A stretch of DNA of 34,941 nt. Source: Perkinsela sp. CCAP 1560/9 (taxonomy: Eukaryota; Protista; Euglenozoa: Kinetoplastea). The notes under the pieces are model-generated. The model did no database searches, was not told where the DNA came from, and saw only the letters and a program-made list of their open reading frames with translations. Made by a program: the position numbers and the translations under genes. Shown piece after piece: positions 14,424 through 24,722 of this stretch. The DNA lies in the NCBI GenBank assembly GCA_965644495.1, contig CBFFSA010000067.1:1-34941 (forward strand), in the 5' to 3' direction. Positions within the stretch are counted from its first letter, which is position 1, and each line of letters starts with the position of its first letter.

Positions 14424-17400
14424 ATGGCTTCTGCATTGTTGTTGAAGATGTTTTCTTTTTGGGTGTTTTTTTTTCTTATTGCGAGCGGTTTGCATTTTTT
14501 TCAATTTCAACAGTGTTTTGGGGAGAACACTTTTTTTTTTGGTCCATTAATTTGATTTCTTTTCAGGTGCATCCCGTTCAGAAAAGAGAGAATTTTCGGT
14601 CCCTAACTATGAAATGTTTGGTCCTAAATCTCCACACGCGTTTGTCTTTTGTTGCAATTCCATCCAAATTATTTTTTTATTAAATTTTTTTTTCTTAGGT
14701 TCAAAGTTGAAGGATATATTGAAATGGTTTGTGGAGACAATTTCGATAGACCAATGGTTTGAATTCAATCTTTTCTTATTCAAAATTCCAAACAAAAAAA
14801 ATTGAATTAAAATTAAAAAAAATTGTTCCCCTGACCGCCTTTTTCTTTTTAAGGTGCACGACTACTTTTTCCGGACCGCCCCAAACAATACCCTTCAGTT
14901 GGAGAATTTTCCCAAAGTTTTTATTTTATTTTTATTTTATTTTATTTAATTCTACTTTTTGAATTGTCTCCTTCTGATATTTTTCTGAATAATTTTTTCT
15001 CACTTTTTTTAGAATTTTCCTTTCAAAAGTGACGAGGTTTTTGAGGCTTTTTTGGTGGCCGGAGTGAGAAAAAACACGTTTGCGATTGAGTCCATCCGTT
15101 CTTCTTTTTCTCAAGCTCCTCCTGCTCCATTCCAATACTTGGTTTCACTTTTTTCTTTTCTCCATTTCCCTTCTCTTTCAAAAGTCTAAACAAAGAAAAA
15201 AAAAATAGCAACAAAGAAAACAAAAAAGGTCCGATGACCGAAATATTATTGTGATGATGTTGACTTTCCCAGATGGCGCCTCCATTGACCTTGCGGCTGA
15301 AAGAACTCTCATTGAACCTTACATTTGGGAGGATAGGTTCTTTCTTTATTCTTTTCTTTTCTTTTTTTTTTTTTCAAAAAATGATTTTTTCTTGATGGTC
15401 TCAAAAATTTCAAAAATTGTCTCAAAAATTAATTTCGAAAAATCTCAAAATTTTTTTTTAAAATTTTTTAAAAAAATAGATTGGAGAGTCTCAATGGAAG
15501 GATGCAAGATTGTTCAAATGATCAAATTTCTTTCCCAGACACAAACGATTTTCGACACATTGCATTAGTCACAAATACATTTGCTGATGTTGGTTCGGAT
15601 GATTGTTTCTATAATGCATGGGCAAGTGAGGTTGGTTTCTCTTTTTAATTTCAGAAAATTGGAGAAAAGATAAAATCCTTTTTTTTTTAAAAAACTCATT
15701 TTTTATTTTTTGTTCCTTTTTTTAGGCATATTCTCTTGCTGGTTCACCAACCGGTTATGATCACTATATCTACATTTTGCCTCCTGAGCTTACCGGTTCG
15801 AATTCAGATTGTTCAATTGGATATGGAAGTTTCTGTGTTGGTGGATCTTGCGGCTCCAATCCCACAGTGGTTTGTTTTTATTTTAATTTATTTTAAACCA
15901 TTTTTTTCCAACAAAAAAAATGTATTTTTTTTTTTTGAGAAAAGTGGAAATTATTTAATTAAAATGAATTTAACAGTGGATGATGTATTCTTATCGAACT
16001 GACGAGAGTACCTATTGTCACGAAATTGGTCACAATTTGGGGTTGAGTCATGCAGGAGCCGGTTCAAATGAGTATGGAGATACCAGGTTTGTGCTGTTTT
16101 CTTATTTTAAAAAATGAAGTTAAATCTGTCCAATCAATTATTTTTTTTTCTTTAAAAATGAAAAACAAAAACCTAATTTCTTTTGCAGTTCTTTGATGGG
16201 ATACGCAACCGATGATACAATTTGTTTCAACGCTGCTCACTATTGGGAATTAGATTGGACAACAAATCAACAAATAAGCATCACTCTTTCTGGTGCAAAA
16301 CAATATGATTTAATGGCCATTGGTGATATTGCCAGTGCAGATACAAATTCTCTTCTTGTAATTCAACTTCTCATTCCAGATGAAGGTGCAGAATATTACA
16401 TTAGGTTTGTTTTGTCAAAAATATTCACCCCTCCCTCCCTTCCCTTTTCTTGTCTCTTTCTCTCCAGTTATCTCTCTTCTAAAAATTTAATGGTCATGTA
16501 ATTTCGAGATTTCTCATCATTCATTTTCCAGTTACCGTTATCCAATTGGTCCAGAGATTGGCTTGCGTTCTCAATACCAAGACAAAGTTGAGGTGATTTC
16601 AGCACCAAATGGATTAACTGAGGTTTCATCCAAAATTCTTTTTTGAGATCTTTTTGGGGCTCATTTTTGGGACTAATCTTATATTTTAAAAGAATGTATG
16701 GCGATTGGCTGACATAGCTGAAGGGGGAGTCTATGAAAATTCAGATACCGATGTCAGAATTGCGCGTGATTCAAACCCAGCCACAAGAACTGCCCGTATT
16801 CTTATCTCAAGGATAAATTCTGATTGCACTGATGATAGTGACTGCTCTTCTTTTTCGAATATCTGTGATGGAACTTATACTTGTGACATTGGACTTGGAT
16901 ATTGTGTTGAGGGAGGGAATGGGCTGGATTGTGATGACAATATTGATTGTACAACTGACTCTTGTGTGAACCCCACTGGGTGTGTGAACACTCCAGTGGA
17001 CTCTTTCTGTGATGATTCGAATGCCTGCACAACAGACACATGTAGTAAGAAAAATGGTGGTTGCCAATATGAAAATCCATGTATTGATTTAGTGGGGAAT
17101 GCTTGTACTTTCAACCATGTTTGCACAACCCCTTCCCCTCCTTATCTTTATCATTGTTCTTATTCACTTGATACTGGCTGTACTCTCTGTGATCCAAATG
17201 GGTTTTGTGACGGCGATGAAGATTGTAGCACTTGTTCTACTGATTGTGGAACCTGTCCCCCTTCCCCTTCTCCCTCCCCTTCCTTTTCTCCATCTCCTTC
17301 TCCAAACCCTACTCCTGTTCCAAACCCCTCTCCAGTTCCAAACCCCTCTCCTGCTCCTGTTCCAAACCCTTCTCCAGTCCCAAACCCCTCTCCAGTTCCA

Positions 17401-20097
17401 AACCCTTCTCCAGTTCCAAATCCTTCCCCTAATCCTTCTCCAAATCCATCTCCAAATCCCTCTCCTGTTCCAAATCCTTCCCCAGTTCCAAATCCCTCTC
17501 CTGTTCCAAACCCTTCTCCGAATCCCTCTCCTGTTCCAAACCCCTCTCCTGTTCCAAATCCTTCTCCAAACCCTTCTCCAGTCCCTAACCCTTCTCCAGT
17601 TCCAAATCCCTCTCCTGTTCCAAATCCTTCTCCTAATCCATCTCCAAATCCCTCTCCTGTTCCAAACCCTTCTCCAAATCCTTCTCCTGTTCCAAATCCT
17701 TCTCCAAATCCTTCTCCAGTTCCAAATCCTTCCCCAAATCCCTCTCCAGTTCCAAATCCTTCTCCTGTTCCAAATCCTTCTCCAAACCCTTCTCCGGTCC
17801 CAAACCCCTCTCCGGTCCCAAACCCCTCTCCAAACCCTTCTCCAAACCCTTCTCCAAATCCCTCTCCTGTTCCAAACCCTTCTCCAAATCCTTCTCCAGT
17901 CCCAAACCCTTCTCCTGTTCCAAACCCTTCTCCAAATCCTTCTCCTGTTCCAAACCCTTCTCCAAACCCTTCTCCTAATCCTTCTCCAGTCCCAAATCCT
18001 TCCCCAGTTCCCAATCCTTCCCCAAATCCTTCTCCAAATCCCTCTCCAGTTCCAAACCCTTCTCCAGTTCCCAACCCCTCTCCAAATCCCTCTCCAGTTC
18101 CAAACCCTTCCCCAGTCCCAAATCCCTCTCCAAATCCCTCTCCAGTCCCAAACCCCTCTCCAGTTCCAAATCCCTCTCCAGTTCCAAACCCTTCTCCAGT
18201 CCCAAACCCTTCCCCAGTCCCAAATCCTTCCCCGAACCCTTCTCCAGTTCCCAACCCTTCTCCAGTTCCCAACCCCTCTCCAATCCCAAACCCCTCTCCA
18301 GTTCCAAATCCTTCCCCAAACCCTTCTCCTGTTCCAAACCCTTCTCCAAACCCTTCTCCTGTTCCAAACCCCTCTCCAGTTCCAAACCCTTCTCCAGTCC
18401 CAAATCCCTCTCCTGTTCCAAACCCTTCTCCAGTTCCAAATCCTTCCCCAAACCCTTCTCCAGTTCCAAATCCCTCTCCTGTTCCAAACCCTTCCCCAGT
18501 TCCAAACCCTTCTCCAAACCCTTCTCCAGTTCCAAATCCTTCTCCAGTTCCCAACCCCTCTCCAGTTCCCAATCCTTCCCCAAATCCTTCTCCAAATCCC
18601 TCTCCTGTTCCAAACCCTTCCCCGAACCCTTCTCCAGTTCCAAATCCTTCTCTTAATCCTTCTCCAGTTCCAAATCCTTCCCCAGTTCCAAACCCTTCTC
18701 CAAATCCTTCTCCAGTTCCAAACCCTTCTCCAGCTCCAAATCCATCTCCAAATCCCGCTCCAAATCCTTCTCCTGTTCCAAATCCTTCTCCTGTTCCAAA
18801 CCCTTCTCCAAATCCCTCTCCTGTTCCAAACCCTTCTCCAGTCCCGAATCCTTCTCCGGTTCCAAACCCCTCTCCAGTCCCAAATCCCTCTCCTGTTCCA
18901 AACCCTTCTCCAAATCCTTCTCCTGTTCCAAACCCTTCTCCAAATCCCTCTCCTGTTCCAAACCCTTCTCCAGTCCCAAACCCTTCTCCTGTTCCAAACC
19001 CCTCTCCAGTCCCAAATCCTTCTCCTAATCCTTCTCCAGTTCCAAATCCTTCACCTAATCCTTCTCCAAATCCTTCCCCTAATCCCTCTCCAGTTCCAAA
19101 TCCTTCACCTAATCCTTCTCCAGTTCCAAACCCTTCTCCGAACCCTAACCCTTCTCCAAATCCCACTCCAAATCCTTCTCCTGTTCCCATCCCTTCTCCA
19201 GTTCCAAACCCCTCTCCAGTCCCAAATCCCTCTCCAGTTCCAAACCCTTCCCCAGTCCTAAACCCTTCTCCAAATCCCACTCCAAATCCTTCTCCTGTTC
19301 CCATCCCTTCTCCAGTTCCAAACCCCTCTCCAGTCCCCAATCCCTCTCCTGTTCCAAACCCTTCTCCTAATCCTTCTCCAGTCCCAAATCCTTCTCCTAA
19401 TCCTGTCCCAAATCCTTCCCCAAACCCCTCTCCAGTCCCAAATCCCTCTCCAGTTCCCAATCCCTCTCCAGTTCCAAACCCCTCTCCAGTCCCAAATCCC
19501 TCTCCTGTTCCAAACCCTTCTCCTAATCCTTCTCCAGTCCCAAATCCTTCTCCCAATCCTTCTCCTGTTCCAAACCCTTCTCCTAATCCTTCTCCAGTCC
19601 CAAATCCTTCTCCTAATCCTTCCCCAGTTCCAAATCCTTCTCCCAATCCTTCTCCTGTTCCAAACCCTTCTCCAAACCCCTCTCCTGTTCCAAATCCTTC
19701 TCCTAATCCTTCCCCAGTTCCAAATCCTTCTCCTAATCCTTCCCCTGTCCCAAATCCTTCCCCAAACCCCTCTCCTGTTCCAAATCCTTCTCCTAATCCT
19801 TCCCCAGTTCCAAATCCTTCTCCTAATCCTTCCCCTGTTCCAAATCCTTCTCCAAACCCCTCCCCTGTTCCAAACCCTTCTCCAAATCCTTCCCCTGTTC
19901 CAAATCCTTCTCCAAATCCTTCCCCAGTTCCAAATCCTTCTCCTTCACCAATCAATTCTCCTTCTCCAGTCGTGCCTCCTTTGCCAGAGGAAGATGATTT
20001 CGATTCCGATTCTGACGACGACGAACCCTCAGCTGGGCAACAGGCAACTCCTTTGTCCACAGCAGTTATCGTAATTGTTTTTTTCCTTTTCTTTTGA
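14424..20097 (+). CDS. Secreted, probably GPI-anchored peptidase M11 (gametolysin-like) zinc metalloprotease with Cys-rich repeats and a Pro/Asn/Ser stalk, 12 exons
   Basis: Signal peptide [22 protein letters not shown] and basic processing site RKQKR (~15215-15229). Metzincin motif [13 protein letters not shown] (~16019-16057) followed by EYGDTSSLMG (Met-turn). Then [24 protein letters not shown] repeats, the PNPSPV repeat, and C-terminal [22 protein letters not shown]. All 11 introns splice in frame. Confidence 0.85.
17257..19950 (+). repeat. Coding minisatellite of mixed 18-bp (PNPSPV) and 12-bp (PNPS) units, about 2.7 kb
   Basis: Repeating CCAAAYCCYTCYCCWGTY / CCWAAYCCYTCY units with variable third codon positions. 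The array becomes a regular 30-bp [10 protein letters not shown] unit from about 19510 to 19940. Confidence 0.97.
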
Positions 20098-20437
20098 AAG
20101 GGTGATTAACCAAGACAAGAACTCAAATAAAAAAATGTATTTTATCTCAAAGCTATGCAAAGTTTTCATGAAAAACAAAAATTTTTCTTTTTTTTTCTTT
20201 TTTTTCTTGCCTCTGGTTTCTTTTCTTTCTTTTTTTTCACTTGGTTTTTTTCACTTGGTTTTTTTCTTTCTTGTCTTCTTCTTGAGTGTGTCTCATCTCG
20301 TTTTTAACTTCATTTGTTCTGGTTTCTTTCTTTTCTTCTTCTTGGCGCGTGTCTGTCTCGTTGTTTGGAGGAAAAAAGGGTTGAAATTTTGCTGTTTTAC
20401 GGGCCATATCAAGCAAGGATAAAATGCAAGATTGTAC

Positions 20438-21940
20438 ATGGAGAAACAGCTATTTAGAATCTCTCTGTCTTTTCAAAGCGAAGATCATCCCCAGAACAGG
20501 TCAGAAGCTCCAAATTGACAGTTTATCAACTTCAAAAAAAAAAGAAAAATTCGTTTCCACCTTCAAAATCCATAAAAGGATAAAAAATGTTTTGTGACGT
20601 CAAATTAAGCGTATGTGTCCCTTCGAAAAAGGGACACCCATTTTTTCTTAATTTTGCTTCGAGAAAAAAACAATTTTGAAAAAGAAAGACTTTGAATTTT
20701 TAGATGGTTGGTGGTGTTGGTGAGAGTGGAAAAGGGGAAGAGGTTCCTTCTTCTTTTTCAAAGTTTGACGGTTTCTTCAGTCCTCATCTTTCTTATTGTG
20801 GAGTTGCTGCGTACGTCTTTTCTTTTTTTTCAATTTTGGTTCGGCTCTTGAACCAGAACTCACTGAACTGAAATGGACACAGTTACTCTGTTTATTTGAC
20901 TCTCCGAGGAGGTCTCATCCCCCTTTTTCAAGGTCTTGCCTTTCCTTCTCTCTCTCTCTCTTTCTCTCAACTACAGCTCTTACATCTTGTTTCTTCAATT
21001 TAGATGATCAAAATCTTCTCGCCTTTGGATGTGGGTTGATGTATCTGATCTCTGTTGTTTGCGCTTCAGCTTCCTATTTCTCCCTGGTCTTCCAAAATCA
21101 TCCCCTCGTCCGCCCTCTCACAACAAATCGAACAACTTCAGCTGAAATTTCAATTGAGGCCTCTGTTTTGGTTTCTCCTCAAGTCTCATCAACAATGGAA
21201 TCCTCTTATTCCCAACAAGACACTCGTGAGTACGAAAAGAAGCTCTTTTTTTCTGAATGGAGAAGGAAAAATTAATATTTAAAGTGAATAGATCAGAGGA
21301 GATTCCTATTTGGATTGAGTGTCCAATCTGCCAGAAAGAAGTGTACCGTCGTCTTGAACATTGTGATTTCTCACAAAAATGTATTGATGCTTCAAGTCAA
21401 TCACAAAAGGTATTACCAAAAATACTATTATTATTCGAATGAAGAGGGAGGCGAAAAAGAATTTTTGAGAAAGGAGATCTACTCCACAGTAGTTTTCAAC
21501 TGAAAATATCTTCTTCCCCAATCTAGTGTTTTACTCTTTTTTATCTCTACTGCGCCATATCCCTTTGGATTTCAAATCTGGTTTTGGTTCCTCTCCTCTT
21601 ACAAGCGACTGGCAACATCGCAACGTGGTGGTCCATCCGTGTTTTAGTCGTATATCTCCTCCAAGTTATCTTGGCTGTTCATATGACTTCTCGATGTTTT
21701 CTGCAATTAACTTTTGTTATCTTGGATGTAACGCTGTATGAGTGGGCCTTTTTGATTAAAGAGTATCGCACTTCTCCTTGGGAGAGAATGGGGTGGTGGG
21801 GAGAAACATCAAAGAATGAGAAAGATGGAGAAAAAGAAAGTTTGCAAACTTTTAGTGCTGAAAAGCATCATCATTGGCTTGTTAATTGGAAGAAAGTCTT
21901 TTTGTTTGACCCTTGGGATCCTCGCTGTTGGCTTCCTTGA
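20438..21940 (+). CDS. Divergent DHHC/ZDHHC palmitoyltransferase-like 4-TM protein lacking a DHHC motif, about 6 exons
   Basis: Spliced model: two TM segments, then CPICQKEVYRRLEHCDFSQKCI, then KCFTLFYLY and two more TMs, a TTxE-like DVTLYE, and a PaCCT-like tail LVNWKKVF...WLP*. The 5' exons are less certain. Confidence 0.6.
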
Positions 21941-22013
21941 GCCAAAGATATTCGTGTGTGTGTAAATTTCGTGTGTTGATGTTACTGATAAGATATGTTA
22001 ACATTGAAGATTC

Positions 22014-23512
22014 TCACCGTTTTGCTGGTTTCACACTGGAGACTGATTCAAGAGCTTCTTGAAGAAATCCAATTGCTTCAGGAACAAGATCGAAATCAAG
22101 TTGTTCTAATACACCTTTTACATCAACCCCACAGGTCGTAAAAAAAAATGAAAGAGGGTGCGGAGAAATCGAATGAGTCTTTAAAAGTGCTTGATGGAGA
22201 CCAAAGAAACCCGGCTGATAAAAATCAGCTTCAGTTTCCAACAGGGACCGAACCAAGAATGGCAGTAGTTTATGATTTCCAAGAATATCAATAATCTGTG
22301 GGGAAGACTTAGTCAATGAACTTTTTGAATAACTTAGTTAAAAAGAGGAGAGAAAACCTGAGAAGAGGTCCCTTTCTCCATCGCATTTGAAATAAGATAT
22401 AAAATTTCTTTTGACACTGCTGCTTGACTTCCCTCAAGAAAGCGATGGCAAGTCCCAAATATTTTCAGATCCAAGAGTCGCTGAACCATGTCGGATGACA
22501 CTGTTGCAACATTCGCAAGAGCAAAATAACAATCTTTCACAACCCCAACAGGGAAGTTGATACCAGGTGGCACTCGTTGGAATACACGAAATGAGGCCTC
22601 GATGAAACCTCTCTCAACTACAGCTAGTGTGTGAGCATCTGTCCCACCCGTAATATTTCCAAGGGCATGAGCGACTGCTTCGACCACATCAAAGCTTTGA
22701 TGGTCCAGTAATTGAACAAGACGAACCAGACAATTGAGTGGATGTTGTAAAACTATCTGAACGCTATCATTTCGGTTTACAACGTACGATACAGCCCAAC
22801 AGGCCTGAGTAATTGTTTCTTGATCGGTAGTGAAGGAAATGATTGGGCCTAAGATATTGTAAGCAGAAACTTTAAGATGAAGTGTTGGTGTAGGATTCCC
22901 ACACAGCAGAATTTTGAGCACCCAAGCAGCACTTTTAATTCCCTCTCCTGAAAGATGTTCTCTCTGAAGAAGACCTTGGAGTCTTGGCAAGAAAATTTGA
23001 TAATCTTCCAAAAGTGCGAGTCGTCCGGTGGTGTTTGGACTTTCCGCGAGAATTCCGAGAGCCCAAATTGCTTGTTCAATGACATTATCCTGGCTATCAA
23101 GAACAAGAAGATCGAACAATCGAGGAATAGCACCAGCATCAATGAAATTTTGAGCTTGAGAATGAGATTTTTCTGCAACATCATGGAGCGTGAAAGTCGC
23201 TTCGGAAACAATTGTGGGATCTCGATGTGAAAGCAAGGCAACCACTTTCTCACTCAGTTGGTCACTTGGGTGATTGGTTTCGCATGAAAGGAACTTGAAA
23301 AAAAAAAAGTGAAAAAACTTGCAAGACAAAATTGGTTTTTGTTGAAAGAAACCTCCTGAGTCTTCTGCAGTGCTTCCAAAAGAGTTGTTCGACCTTGTGA
23401 GGAGAGTTGGGTTGCAAGAACCTAAGAATATGAGAAAATGACTCTCAAAATCAGGATTCAACTTGAAAATCAACCCAGAAAAGGGTCTGAAGACCTGCGC
23501 AGCTGTGTCCAT
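22014..23512 (-). CDS. Importin-alpha-like armadillo repeat protein without an IBB domain, 4 exons
   Basis: ARM repeats with importin-alpha character: FIDAGAIPRLFDLL, VIEQAIWALG, DQETITQACWAVSYV, LVRLVQLLDH, ALGNITGGTDAHTLAVVE, VSKEILYLISNA. The model starts MDTAAQ directly at ARM1. Confidence 0.75.
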
Positions 23513-23652
23513 AAATAAATGCTGATGGAACCAAACCCCTTTTCCCTCAGATTTTTTCCCGGTGGCGGCTTGGCAATGCAATAAAAATGAACAACAAATA
23601 GCTATTTTGGTTTTTTTTTCTTTCACTTTTTCTTTTTCGCCCTTTTCAAAGT

Positions 23653-24416
23653 TTATCCAGGTGTTTTTTTTTGTTTTTCTTTTTTTTGTTCTTTGTTTTT
23701 TGGCTGTTCGATTGGTTGTTCCAAAATTTGTTTTTGCCCAAATTCTTCAAAAATAGAACTTGCACTCTTCTTTTGATTGAACAATAGGAGGCGTGGGCTG
23801 TCACAAAAGCTCACTGATCGTGTTTCTTTCTTCGAAGGGCTTTCCTCGAATACATTTGGGGGAGAAATTTTGCAATTTAAACAAACAAAAACTCGTCGAT
23901 TTTTGCGAGGTTCCCGGTGAGAATTTGCACACTTCATATGCAACCTTATCACAAAAAAATGAATTGGTGAGAGAGAGACGAGAAAAATGGAATCTCCTTC
24001 ATCAAAAAGGAAAAAGAAATCAAAAACCATTTTTTGCAAATGTCGCATTGGATGTTGTGTCGGGAAATACCTTCTTCAATTCCACAATAACAAGAAAATT
24101 CTTTTTCATCTTCTTTTTTGGTGAAGTAATCAAGCATCTTCGCTTGTCGGCTACGGAAAACAACATCTGATCTTTGTTTTGCCAAATGTTGTCTCCTTCT
24201 TGAAATTGGTGACTCTCGTTTTTTTTGTGGAGCTCTTTTCAAAGGTCCAAGAAAAGGTTTTTCTTTCGTCGCATCAACATCTTTCTCCTCCTCTTGCTTC
24301 TCCTCAGTTAGACTCAGATTGAGATCGGTGTTGTCTTCCATCATTGACGAATCTTCTGTGTCATCGTGTTGCAGAGGAGAAGAGGAACTATCTTCCTCAG
24401 TTGTTTTGCCACTCAT
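23653..24416 (-). CDS. Small nuclear PHD-finger protein with a PIP box and an RVxF motif, 2 exons
   Basis: Splicing gives CYCGIEEGISRHNIQCDICKKWLHMKC...FVCLNC (C4HC3 PHD). QAKMLDYF precedes it and RSVSF follows it. The N-terminus is acidic, with basic NLS-like stretches. Confidence 0.8.
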
Positions 24417-24548
24417 GTCATGAAAGGCAACCGACTTCACCAAAACTGAAAAAAGACCGTTTCCTTTTTTTCAAGTGGCCATTTGCCTCAGGCGAGTTTT
24501 GATGGTGAGAAAAGGCTGATATTTCGTTTTCAATAAACCAAAAAAATT

Positions 24549-24600
24549 AACCAATCAAACGAAAGCTGACTTTTGATTGGTTGTTTTTTTGACCAATCAG
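24549..24600. promoter_or_regulatory. CCAAT-box cluster in a divergent promoter, including a perfect 11-bp inverted repeat
   Basis: AACCAATCAAA (24549-24559), a 12-nt spacer, TTTGATTGGTT (24572-24582), plus GACCAATCAG (24591-24600), within the ~300 bp between head-to-head ATGs at 24416 and 24723. Confidence 0.5.
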
Positions 24601-24722
24601 AAGAACTCTTTTTGTTCTTTGTCTCTTCAACGAAAAATTGGTGGGAGTTGGAGAGATGGTTGGCGTTTTGTTTTCTTCCTCTTCCACACAACAAGCTGAA
24701 TTTCTGTTTTTAACAAAACAAC

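Noticed and set aside
17257-19950. CRISPR-like or telomeric array
   Set aside because: There are no unique spacers and no cas genes, and the units are codon-structured inside a eukaryotic exon.
17160-20060. 966-aa antisense ORF (GEGFGT)n, plus the 720-aa alternative-frame and other shadow ORFs over the repeat
   Set aside because: They are by-products of the PNPSPV repeat, whose codons cannot form stops in those frames. The + frame is the one continuous with the Cys-rich domain and GPI tail.
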